From Polyangiaceae bacterium (lineage in GTDB: Bacteria; Myxococcota_A; Polyangia; Polyangiales; Polyangiaceae): DNA of 64,000 nucleotides. Every line of letters starts with the position of its first letter. Position 1 is the first letter of the stretch. Positions 38,825 through 48,173 of this stretch are shown here, one piece after another. The stretch is from NCBI GenBank assembly GCA_050287085.1, contig JBNKBE010000013.1, positions 96,001 through 160,000 of the forward strand, given 5' to 3'. The notes beneath the pieces are model-generated. The model searched no databases, was not told where the DNA came from, and saw nothing but the letters and a program-made list of their open reading frames with translations. The position numbers and the translations under genes are program-made.

Positions 38825-39370
38825 CTACGGCGCTACGCGAAAGTACACGTAGTCACCCAGCCCTGGATGGTCCGCGTCGCTTCCAGCTGCGCCGTGGCAG
38901 CCCACGCAATCCATGGCGCCGCGCTCCGCGACAGTACCGCCCGGCGAGTACCAGAACCAGCCCTGACCGTCTGCCGAATCGGCCTGCACTTTGACCTCGA
39001 CGTATATGCCGTCGCCAACAAACTTCAGTCCCGCAGCGCCAAGCGGAACAGGACTACCAGGGGCCGCAGTCGCGAGCAGTTGATTGCTGCACACGCGGTT
39101 CGACTTTCCGTGAACGTGAATGGCCGCTGCACCGTCGAGCTTGTCTGTGGCGGTCGGCTCACAAACCCAAGCACTCTCCCAACCCTCGGCTTTGAACGCG
39201 TCGAGCCAAGCGGCCATCTCGGCCTTAGAGGCCGGCGGCACCTGAGGATCCATCTCGCCCAGGGCGTCCGCGCCACCCGTCGCGTTGTCATCGGCTTCGT
39301 CACTGCAGGCAGACCCGCTCGTAACAGCGACCAGCATCAGCACAGAGGTGAGTATCGGGCTTTTTCGCAT
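38825..39370 (-). CDS. Monoheme cytochrome c lipoprotein, cytochrome P460/c'-beta fold-like
   Basis: GSAC lipobox; P.G...LK, VKV......GW.W, C-terminal CVGCH then DYVY. Confidence 0.65.
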   Translation of the reverse strand: MRKSPILTSVLMLVAVTSGSACSDEADDNATGGADALGEMDPQVPPASKAEMAAWLDAFKAEGWESAWVCEPTATDKLDGAAAIHVHGKSNRVCSNQLLATAAPGSPVPLGAAGLKFVGDGIYVEVKVQADSADGQGWFWYSPGGTVAERGAMDCVGCHGAAGSDADHPGLGDYVYFRVAP

Positions 39371-39616
39371 CAGACTTTCTCCTGACTGTGCGAATGGCGC
39401 ACAGGCACCGTCTAGTACGCACCGAGCCCATTCCGGTTACCGACGGCGTGCGCTTTGCGAACTCGACCGGGTCCCAGGCCGATGCCGGAGCCGGTGAGCA
39501 ATCTCGCGATTCGCAAGCTTCGCGGAGCACACGACGGAAACTCAGACGCGCGCAGCCAGCGCTGGCGCTGGAAGCCTGCAAGACGTTGCGGCCTGGAAGC
39601 CAACTCTTGAGCGCGT

Positions 39617-42600
39617 CTAGACCAGACCTTGCAGACTCGATTCTGTGGAACGCACCGTAAGCAGCAAGCGGAGCGCGGACAGCAACGCCGTCGACGTTTC
39701 GACGGGCCCCGCACGCACAAATGCTTCCCATGCCTGGGGTTTAGCCGCGTTGTAGTCCGCCTCGGCCTCGGGATGCTCGCGCAGGAAGTACAGCTTGACG
39801 GCATGCCCGATGAGCACATCGACTGATACTGGCCCGGTTACATGCAGTTCCGGATTTTGTCGGAACAAGGTGATAAGAACCTGCAGAGCCTCAACCGAGA
39901 GCTGTCGGTACTCAGGCGATGGCGCCTTATTCAGAAGATGCTGCACCCAAAATGCGAACGACTGTTCACCGGAAGTCATATCGCCCAACACAACGCTGCT
40001 TTCCATGCGATTGCGTCGGTCCATGCGGTCACCAATAATGACGCACGGAGCCTGCTCAAAGCAGTGCCACAACCCCTCGTAGAAATCTGCCCCCAGCCGG
40101 TCGATAATGCCGCGGTACTGTCTCCAGGCAAGCCAACCCTCGGTGGGCTCGCCGATTCCTTCCAGTAGCCTATCGGGCTGCCAGTTGAGAGTGCCAACCG
40201 GCGCTTCCGCTTCCAGGTGCTCCTGCTGCTGAGGCAGTTCCTCCAGCGAGTCCCACGCCTTTAGGACACGATAGAGTCGCGCTTGAATCTCGCTCGGGGG
40301 CAAGTGGGTTAGGGCTTCGTAGGCTTCGTCCGCGGACAGTTCCCGCTCCCGCGCGAGATCGCTCGTCAACAAGGTGATGAGCTGGCCGACGCGCACGGTG
40401 ATCATCTCGCGAAGGAGCTCCGGCCTCGCCTTGACCAACGAACCTAGGTAGAGCAAGAGCTCCTGAGTTAACACACGATCACGCACGTCGTCTCTACAGT
40501 AAGCGGCCAGCTTCTGCATCAACTCGTGCTCCGGAATGGGATGCGTTATCAAGCTATCTTCGCTGTACGCACGCCCGACTTGAATATGCTTCTGTCGCAC
40601 GAGGATGGCGGACACAGCGAGGCTCAAATCGCCGTCCACCATGCCCAGCAGGCCCGCGACGCTTCGCACAACCGCCCACAATCGAAGGCGGCCCGCTTGC
40701 TTATACACTTCGAGCAAGAGCTCACGCACCGTCCGAGCTCGATCGCGAATGCTGACCGCCGCGTCCAGGCCGCGTAGACGCGCAAGCGCCTCCATCACAG
40801 AGCACTGTTCGTACAGATTGGTGCTGGTCGCCAAGCGCCCAACGAGCTCTTCCCAATCCGACGCGAACTCGAGCTCCAGTTCTTGCGCAGCCTCAAGAGG
40901 CCTCTGAACCCCTGGCGGCGACAACACCCGCACCCCATCGAGCAGACTGGAGAGCGCGGTCTTGGGCAGCTTCAATCCGTGAAGTTCCGAAATACGCTCG
41001 AAGGAGGCGGTTGGAAGCAATTCAGTGAGTGGACCTCGCCGCACCGGAACCCCTGCTATACGCCCGTCCGCAACCTGCTGCATGAACTCGTAGAATGTCT
41101 CCCGACTTGCCTCGAGCAAGTTGTGGGTGAGCATCACGGTCACAGTAGGTCGCCCGAGGCCTGTCCAGTTTCGGTTGAGGTAGACCAGTTCGTCTTTGAA
41201 GCGACGAAGAACGAACTCGAGATCCCAAGCCAAGAAGAAGTCACTCTGAATGAAGAACGAAGCCAAGCAAAGAACCGTGTCACCCGCCAAGCGATAGACA
41301 CGGCTCGTGGTCAACGACTTCAACAGGCGGGCGGAGCGCCCACTGAGGCCGAGCCCGTCGGAACGCCCAACCTCGCCGTGAGCCAAAGCGATGTCCTGCG
41401 GTAGGTAGACAAGCACCGGCGCAATGTCGGCCACCGTCTCGGTCATGACGCCATGAGCCGCAAGTTCACTCTGAAGCTGTTCATCCTCCGCGAGAAATAC
41501 CAACTGTACCGTTGGGTTCTTACTCCGACGGATGCGACGTCTAGCCAACGGATCGATATCAGCCCACCTGAGAGCCCCATCCGCAAGCATGCGCCCCAAT
41601 AGGTACAAGCTCTGAGCCCAGACGAGCGGCACGTTCTCATTCGGCACGCGCTCAGTTGAGCCCGGGACAGCCCGCTCCGCCTCGATTTGATCGGCCGGAA
41701 CATAATAGAGCTCCGGCAACATGCGGTGCCCGTTCTGCTCAACCGTCAGCGCTTCGAGACGAGCAGCGTAGTGCTCCTGTCGATCTCGATCCCCGCGCTG
41801 GTGCGCGTCTAGAAACAGGTACGTAAAGAACAGCGGCCACTCAGACTCGATGTTCTCGAATTGCTTCAGCTCGGCCTCTTCGTAGTGGAGACGACCCTCG
41901 TCTTCGACGGCCGTTTGGTGACCATCCCGAAGGAAGCGCTTGAGCCCGTAGCGTCCCTCTAGCTTCTTGACCAGCTCATCGCGAACGCTGCGGATCAGTG
42001 CTGCATCATCCAGCGCGAAAGCCGGGTAGCCGATGACGCTGAGTAGCGCCGCGTCCACTTCCTTGGTGTAGGATTCGCGCGGGAGCATGGACCGCAGGGT
42101 GAGCTCCGCCTGAGCAATGTTGTCTGGTGATACGTGTATCACCGAGCGTTGGGAACCGCGTGCGCCAAATAGATCGAATCCGGCGAGGGCTTCAAGCGCA
42201 GCTTTGGCCATCCCGACCGAACTAGTGTTTAGCTCCACCCGTCCGCGATTGGACTTTTCGCCACGCTCCCAAATCCCGTAGTCCGGCGTGCGGTAGGCAC
42301 GCTCCACGTAGTAGACCAAGTTCTGAATGAAGGCGACTTCATCGAGGTCCCAGATGATATCCAGGCCCGAGCGGATCATCTGGGCCAGCATGAGCAGATA
42401 GAGCGAGGTTGCGTCAATCTGGAGATGCCCCCACTCCAGATCGCCAACGGCAGTCCCGCCCGTCTCGGTGTCGTACTTGGCGTGCAGCGCATCAGCAGGA
42501 TGACGCGACTTCTTGAACGCTTCAACCTTGGCTGATTGCGCCATCATCGAGCGCAGCAGACCGCGCATCAACTTTACCGTGCGCCGCTCCAGCAGAAACG

Positions 42601-42820
42601 ATCGTCCCTCGGGTGAATCAACGCGCCGGTATGCCAGTCCCAGCCCCCATACGCACAAGATGCTGTAGACGTTGTCCCGTACCCAGGCATCGCGATAGTC
42701 TCCGTGGGTGGTCACCGCAGTGCTTGCCGGAAGCAAGCCAGTCACCGGGTGCTGACGACTGAGGATAATCGCGTCGACCTGGGCGTAGTACTCGGCCAAG
42801 CGGGCTTCGAGAACGGGCAT
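39617..42820 (-). CDS. Phosphorylase b kinase alpha/beta regulatory subunit homologue (GH15-like)
   Basis: Q.PVTGLLPAST, AWVRDNVYS, WGHLQIDATSLYLLMLAQM, PDYGIWERG, YGLKRFLRDGH, ESEWPLFF, PLVWAQSLY. Confidence 0.9.
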   Translation of the reverse strand: MPVLEARLAEYYAQVDAIILSRQHPVTGLLPASTAVTTHGDYRDAWVRDNVYSILCVWGLGLAYRRVDSPEGRSFLLERRTVKLMRGLLRSMMAQSAKVEAFKKSRHPADALHAKYDTETGGTAVGDLEWGHLQIDATSLYLLMLAQMIRSGLDIIWDLDEVAFIQNLVYYVERAYRTPDYGIWERGEKSNRGRVELNTSSVGMAKAALEALAGFDLFGARGSQRSVIHVSPDNIAQAELTLRSMLPRESYTKEVDAALLSVIGYPAFALDDAALIRSVRDELVKKLEGRYGLKRFLRDGHQTAVEDEGRLHYEEAELKQFENIESEWPLFFTYLFLDAHQRGDRDRQEHYAARLEALTVEQNGHRMLPELYYVPADQIEAERAVPGSTERVPNENVPLVWAQSLYLLGRMLADGALRWADIDPLARRRIRRSKNPTVQLVFLAEDEQLQSELAAHGVMTETVADIAPVLVYLPQDIALAHGEVGRSDGLGLSGRSARLLKSLTTSRVYRLAGDTVLCLASFFIQSDFFLAWDLEFVLRRFKDELVYLNRNWTGLGRPTVTVMLTHNLLEASRETFYEFMQQVADGRIAGVPVRRGPLTELLPTASFERISELHGLKLPKTALSSLLDGVRVLSPPGVQRPLEAAQELELEFASDWEELVGRLATSTNLYEQCSVMEALARLRGLDAAVSIRDRARTVRELLLEVYKQAGRLRLWAVVRSVAGLLGMVDGDLSLAVSAILVRQKHIQVGRAYSEDSLITHPIPEHELMQKLAAYCRDDVRDRVLTQELLLYLGSLVKARPELLREMITVRVGQLITLLTSDLARERELSADEAYEALTHLPPSEIQARLYRVLKAWDSLEELPQQQEHLEAEAPVGTLNWQPDRLLEGIGEPTEGWLAWRQYRGIIDRLGADFYEGLWHCFEQAPCVIIGDRMDRRNRMESSVVLGDMTSGEQSFAFWVQHLLNKAPSPEYRQLSVEALQVLITLFRQNPELHVTGPVSVDVLIGHAVKLYFLREHPEAEADYNAAKPQAWEAFVRAGPVETSTALLSALRLLLTVRSTESSLQGLV

Positions 42821-43071
42821 GGGGCTCAAGCTAGAACGAAGGCCTGCTAGGTTCAATTAGACGCGCACGGCACCCACGCTCCACCCGCGCGCCACGGCCA
42901 CCCACACACGAATCGGTCACCCGTTCTTCGCACCCGTTGGGCCCGCGCCCGGGCGAAATGGTCCTGACACCCGCGTGAGCCTATCCTACCCGCAATTTGT
43001 CTCGCCGCGCGACTTGAGCGGTCGCGAGCGAGCGGACACAATGGGGCCGATACGAGGGACATACGGAGGAC

Positions 43072-43143
43072 CGCAGCGTGACAACCAATCGCAGCGTGAC
43101 AATCAAACGCAGCGCGACGATCAATCGCAGCGCGACAATCAAA
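43072..43143 (+). repeat. 4x 18-bp tandem repeat covering the pfkA start codon
   Basis: CGCAGCGTGACAACCAAT CGCAGCGTGACAATCAAA CGCAGCGCGACGATCAAT CGCAGCGCGACAATCAAA. Confidence 0.95.
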
Positions 43144-44253
43144 CGAATTGCCATCAACACGGGCGGTGGTGATGCCCCCGGCCTCAACGCCGTAATCCGG
43201 GCGGTCGCTCTGAGCGCACACGCACTTGGCTGGGAGGTCGTCGGGATCCGGGAAGGATACCGTGGCTTGTTGGACCCCGATCCAAGCTACCTGGTGACGC
43301 TGGACCCCGACCGGGTACGGGGCATCGCACACCTCGGAGGAACGATACTGGGTACCACCAACAAAGGGGACCCATTCCGATATCCCGTTATGCGCGACGG
43401 CAAGTGGGTGCCAGAAGACGTTTCCGAACGGGTGGTGCGGCGCTTCAAAGAACTCGGTTTTGACGCGTTGGTGGCCCTGGGTGGCGACGGGTCGATGAGC
43501 CTTGCCACACGACTACTCGGCTGCGGGCTGCCGCGTGTAGTCGGCGTCCCCAAGACGATCGACAATGACCTCAAAGGCACAGACGTGACCTTCGGCTTCC
43601 AAACGGCCGTTGATACGGCCACCGAGGCCATTGATCGCCTGCACACAACGGCGCAGTCCCACCGGCGCGTCATGGTGGTCGAAGTGATGGGCCGCAATGC
43701 GGGCTGGATCGCGCTGCATGCCGGAATCGGTGGTGGCGCTGATGTTATCCTGCTGCCGGAAATCCCTTTCACCCTAGACGCCGTATGCGACAAGCTCAAT
43801 AGTCGCTACCAACGCGGCCGAGAGTTCGCCATCGTCGTCGTTGCCGAAGGAGCCAAGTTGGGCCCGACCGGCCCCCTATATAAAGGCGGCAAGGGGGACT
43901 TCCGGGAACACGCCCAACTTGGAGGCATCGCGGAAGCCCTCAGCCGACTGATCGGCAGTGCAACGGGCTACGAAACGCGCAGCGTCGTACTTGGTCACCT
44001 GCAACGAGGAGGCTCACCCGTAACCTTCGACCGCGTCCTGGCGCAGCGCTTTGGCTGTGCCGCCGTCCGCTACCTCAAGGAAAGCAACGACAGTGGTCTC
44101 GTGGCGATGCGAGGCGGTCACACCCAACTCGTATCTTTTGCCGACGTAACCGGCGGTACGCGAAGCGTCGATCCCAACGATGAACTGGTGCTAACTGCTC
44201 GTTCTCTTGGGATCTGCCTCGGGGACGAGGCTCCGGGCACATTCAGAAGCTGA
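43078..44253 (+). CDS. pfkA: 6-phosphofructokinase (group III type)
   Basis: TGGGDAPGLN, GGTILGT, GGDGS, PKTIDND, EVMGR, VVAEGA, LGHLQRGG. Confidence 0.95.
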   Translation: MTTNRSVTIKRSATINRSATIKRIAINTGGGDAPGLNAVIRAVALSAHALGWEVVGIREGYRGLLDPDPSYLVTLDPDRVRGIAHLGGTILGTTNKGDPFRYPVMRDGKWVPEDVSERVVRRFKELGFDALVALGGDGSMSLATRLLGCGLPRVVGVPKTIDNDLKGTDVTFGFQTAVDTATEAIDRLHTTAQSHRRVMVVEVMGRNAGWIALHAGIGGGADVILLPEIPFTLDAVCDKLNSRYQRGREFAIVVVAEGAKLGPTGPLYKGGKGDFREHAQLGGIAEALSRLIGSATGYETRSVVLGHLQRGGSPVTFDRVLAQRFGCAAVRYLKESNDSGLVAMRGGHTQLVSFADVTGGTRSVDPNDELVLTARSLGICLGDEAPGTFRS

Positions 44254-44274
44254 GCGTCCATCCACACCGCCCGC

Positions 44275-45957
44275 CTACGAGCGGTATTCGGGCAACAGCG
44301 TCTCCTGTCGAGAACGGCGCGTCTCTTCGTCTGGCAACGCAAATGGCTTGGGGCGGGTCGCCACGATGCGCTCGGAGTCAAACGCGTCGAGCTGCTGAGG
44401 CTCCAAGAACCGCCTCGCGAATTCTTCAAATACCCCCGCGCGCGCACAGTGGTCGAGCAGGTCCGGGTCGAGGTGGTTGTCTTCTTTCATGCGAGCCAGG
44501 ATGTGCGCACATTCCGACAGTGGCTTACCCGGCTTGTACGGACGATCCGAAGCGGTCAAAGCTTCGAATACGTCCGCGATGGCCATGACACGCGCTGGAA
44601 TGGACAAGTCCCCCGCAAAGATCCCTCTCGGATATCCAGCACCGTCCATCCGCTCGTGATGGTTGCACGCGTACTCCACCACCCGTCCCAGGGTTTCTGG
44701 AAAGGGCAAGGACTGCAGCATTCGAAGCGTTTGCACCATATGCCCATTGATGATCCGCCGCTCAGCAGCCGTGAGCGTTCCGCGCCGCACAGAAAGGTGC
44801 TCAACCCACTGCGGCTCCAATAGTGAACCACCGTGGTCTCCCGAGCGGTACGGGCGACGAGCGATGGCAGCCACGCGGTCGACCTCCTCATCGCTCATCC
44901 ACTCGCTCCCGGCATTGACCCGCTGAAGAAACGCGAAATCGTCGTCCAGCGCCCGCAGCTCGGCTTCAAGCCCAGCCTCGACGGCGACCGCGGCCTCGCC
45001 GCGAACGCGAGCGCGGAGTGCATTGAGCTCGGCCTCACGGCGAAGCACTTCAAAACGCTCCCGAACGATGTCGAGACGGTCGAAGATCCCCTCCAACTTG
45101 GTGGCCTTGTCCATGACGTGCACGGGCGTCGTAACCTTGCCACAGTCGTGCAACCAGGCCGCCACTCGGAGCTCCCGCCACTCGTCTGCCCCCAGCTGGA
45201 AGTGCGCATAGGGACCCGTCTCGACCTCACAGAGCGAGCGCATCATCAGCTCCATCAAGACGGGTACTCGTTCGCAGTGTCGCCCGGTGTACGGGCTCTT
45301 TTCGTCAATCGCCTCCGCGAGGATTCGAATGAAGGCGTCGAGCAACTCGCGCTGCTCTGCCAACAACGCCTGGTTTTCGAGGGCGATACCCGCTTGAGCC
45401 GCCAGTGCCTCGACCGTTCGTTGCAACTCGGGCTCGAAGGCGTAGGGTCCACCCGGTTCTTGGAACCCAGCGTTGACCAACTGCAGAACAGCCACTACTC
45501 GCTCCCCGCTGTCGAGCAAGGGTACGGCAAGAAGCGAGATGGAACGATAGCGATGAGAGCGATCAAAAACCCGAAAGCCGGCGTCGTTGAAGGCCTCCTC
45601 GGCATAGGCGTCCGCCACGTGGATCGGCCGCCGCTCGTGGTACGAACGAGTGGCCACACTCGCCGCACTGGGCTGACCCGCAAGATCGAATAAGGGCAGC
45701 GGGGGTAGCTCCGGATCCACCCCCGTGGTCCCGCCCTGGGCAATGCCCAAGGAATCGGTGTGCAGCATGGCGAAGTGCAGCGCCCGATCTCTTACGAGGT
45801 ACAAGGTACCCCCGTCCGCGCCACACAAGCGCTTGGCCTCGAGCAAGATCGACTCGACCAAGCGCGCACGATCGCGCTCACGACTGAGGGCGATCCCGAT
45901 CCGGTGCAGCGTTTCGAAGCGATGCTCTAGAGAATCAGTACCAGCTAGGATCTCCAC
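44275..45957 (-). CDS. GAF + HD-GYP cyclic-dinucleotide phosphodiesterase
   Basis: GAF (ADGGTLY...VLQLVN), SPYTGRHCERV, HDCGK, HHERMDGAGYP, DVFEALT..DRPYK. Confidence 0.93.
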   Translation of the reverse strand: MEILAGTDSLEHRFETLHRIGIALSRERDRARLVESILLEAKRLCGADGGTLYLVRDRALHFAMLHTDSLGIAQGGTTGVDPELPPLPLFDLAGQPSAASVATRSYHERRPIHVADAYAEEAFNDAGFRVFDRSHRYRSISLLAVPLLDSGERVVAVLQLVNAGFQEPGGPYAFEPELQRTVEALAAQAGIALENQALLAEQRELLDAFIRILAEAIDEKSPYTGRHCERVPVLMELMMRSLCEVETGPYAHFQLGADEWRELRVAAWLHDCGKVTTPVHVMDKATKLEGIFDRLDIVRERFEVLRREAELNALRARVRGEAAVAVEAGLEAELRALDDDFAFLQRVNAGSEWMSDEEVDRVAAIARRPYRSGDHGGSLLEPQWVEHLSVRRGTLTAAERRIINGHMVQTLRMLQSLPFPETLGRVVEYACNHHERMDGAGYPRGIFAGDLSIPARVMAIADVFEALTASDRPYKPGKPLSECAHILARMKEDNHLDPDLLDHCARAGVFEEFARRFLEPQQLDAFDSERIVATRPKPFALPDEETRRSRQETLLPEYRS

Positions 45958-46095
45958 ACCCTAGAGATAGCAGACAACCCACGTCCTCGACGGGAATTTG
46001 CCTATTCCGCGCCAAGTGCGCCAGCGTCCGACGGATAGCGCGTCGGACGCTGGCAGTGGGGTGCCCACCTACTGCCGCGGCGAGTCCCCGCTTCT

Positions 46096-47502
46096 CTACT
46101 GGAGAATCTTGAACTCGATGCGTCGGTTCTGCTGGCGCCCGAGGCGGGTAGCATTGTCGGCAATCGGCTCGTCTGGACCGGCGCCGCGCGTCTCGACCTG
46201 AGCGGGCTCAACGCCCTTCTCGAGCAGGTAGGCCCTTACCGAATTGGCTCGCTCTTGCGAGAGCGCCACGTTCTTGTCGTGATCGCCGGTCGAGTCGGTG
46301 TGTCCAACGATTTCAAGACGCAAGCTCCGGAACTCGATCAGCACAGCTGCGGCGCGATCGAGCACTTTGTGGGACGTGGCACGAATCGTCGCCTTGCCCA
46401 CGTCGAACTGGATCCCCTCGATGACGCCGCTGAACTCCTTGACCTTTTCTGGGACCTCGTCAGGACAACCGTCAGCGTCCTCGAAACCATTACGAGTCTC
46501 CGGCTCGTTGGGGCACTTATCAGCCTCACCAGCAACGCCATCTCTATCGGGATCGAGATCGGGACACCCATTCGGCAAAGTGCCAGCGACGTCCGGACAG
46601 GCGTCGGTCGGCAGGGGTACGCCATCGTGATCAGAGTCCAGATCCGGACAGCCGTTGGGCAGTGTGCCCGCCTCGGTCGGGCATGCATCCTCCGGGTCCA
46701 ACTTGCCGTCGCCATCCGTGTCGCGCACTGGGCAGCCCGTCGGTGCTTCGCCTGGCTCTGCTGGACACTGATCGTGCGCGTCCAATACCCCGTCCCCATC
46801 GCTGTCCGGCGGGGGCGGCGGGGGTGGTGCCGGGGGTTCCGAACCACCGAAACCCAGGCTCAAGCCAAGAAGAGCTTCACCTTGATGGGGTGAATCCGTT
46901 TCCCGATGGGATTTGGATATCGTGTCGCGCAAGTCCAGACGCGCAAGCAACATGTCGGTGATACGAAACTTGGCGCCAACGCCAAAGTGCACACCCCAGT
47001 CGAAGTCGTCGCCATTCGTGTCCGATTGTGCCCCTAGGCCGCCCGCGCCAAGAACGACAAAAGGCGTGATCATTCCCGCCGGCAACTGAAAGAGCGCATG
47101 GCCACGAGCCGACATGATCAGGGCGCTCGCACCGTCAACCTTGGTTGAAGTGGGCACAAGCGCGCCCTCCGCTTCCAAACCAAAGTACTTCACGGGTAAC
47201 ACGGCCAGGCGCAAACCCACATCCGGCGCGAACTTTTCGAAGTCCTCACGAGGCTTGTCGTTTTCGTGCAGGTCATGCCGTTTGGAGGTGAGAAATACGC
47301 CGCCAAACAAGCCTAGCTCCACGGGGTGGTGGATCGCCTGCGACTCGGAGGTTTCCGTCATCCCTTCCTGCGTCGATGCCTCCAGTCCCGAAGAGTCTAG
47401 GGACACGCTCGCCGCCGCCCCATCGTCGGCCCGGGCGGGAAGCGCACTGGAAGCAGCCGCTAGACCACAAGCAAGAACAAATAACTGATTTGGTTTCATC
47501 AT
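46096..47502 (-). CDS. OmpA family outer-membrane protein with thrombospondin type-3 Ca-binding repeats
   Basis: Signal peptide, beta-barrel, Pro hinge, D.DGDG..D..D.CP repeats, GHTDS.G....N..LSQERA, NRRIEF. Confidence 0.92.
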   Translation of the reverse strand: MMKPNQLFVLACGLAAASSALPARADDGAAASVSLDSSGLEASTQEGMTETSESQAIHHPVELGLFGGVFLTSKRHDLHENDKPREDFEKFAPDVGLRLAVLPVKYFGLEAEGALVPTSTKVDGASALIMSARGHALFQLPAGMITPFVVLGAGGLGAQSDTNGDDFDWGVHFGVGAKFRITDMLLARLDLRDTISKSHRETDSPHQGEALLGLSLGFGGSEPPAPPPPPPPDSDGDGVLDAHDQCPAEPGEAPTGCPVRDTDGDGKLDPEDACPTEAGTLPNGCPDLDSDHDGVPLPTDACPDVAGTLPNGCPDLDPDRDGVAGEADKCPNEPETRNGFEDADGCPDEVPEKVKEFSGVIEGIQFDVGKATIRATSHKVLDRAAAVLIEFRSLRLEIVGHTDSTGDHDKNVALSQERANSVRAYLLEKGVEPAQVETRGAGPDEPIADNATRLGRQQNRRIEFKILQ

Positions 47503-48173
47503 AGTTCGGTCTCCCGCGCGGACTAGCAGCGCACTCGGTCGCGGGCAAACGAGCAGTTGCTTTCGCACCACCACCACGGTCGAAAATGCATGTTCTCCGT
47601 GGGCATGGGAGAAGCTGAAGACGTTGCGCTCTGCTGCCGCAGGTTCCAAGCCGCGCCGGGCCTCCCCGCAGCGGCAAAGTTAGGCCAGAGCATTCCAGTC
47701 GCCGGCCTACACGGCAACACAAAAGGAAGGCTTAGTCGGGGGAGCGACTACACCTGCCCCTGGCCTGGCTGTCCCGGACTTGGCCAGACGCTCGAATAGG
47801 GGTGCGTCCAAGCAATCTGCCCTGAGCGTTCTGGTACGCCGGCCGTTCTAGAGCGCCAGCTATCACCCCGCGGGCGCGCGCGACTTGCGCGCTGCCCGCC
47901 TACCGCGCGCCGACGTCCTCGCTTCTGATGACTCCCAATCCTCGTCCTGCGACGCGCGATCGCCCACACGCATGCGGACTGGGCCCGCGTTTCAGAGATT
48001 TCTCGGATCGCTCAGAAAGCGCGTTTTGGGGCTACTAATTGCACGAGATCGTGTCATAAGCGACCGCGCCTGGGCGCCCGCTGGGGCAAGAGCGCTCCCT
48101 GCAAAGCCAGCGCCCGCCTGGTCTCGTTTTGAGGCCCGAAGTTGACTTCGTATCCCCTCGACCACCAAGCGAC

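Noticed and set aside
43078..44253. PPi-dependent PFK to fit the PPi theme
   Set aside because: Has GGDG rather than the GGDD/GGED Asp typical of PPi-dependent enzymes; ATP use is more likely despite PKTIDND
47503..48173. Riboswitch or sRNA in the long ompA-hppA intergenic region
   Set aside because: No recognisable conserved RNA motif by eye; would need an Rfam/Infernal scan
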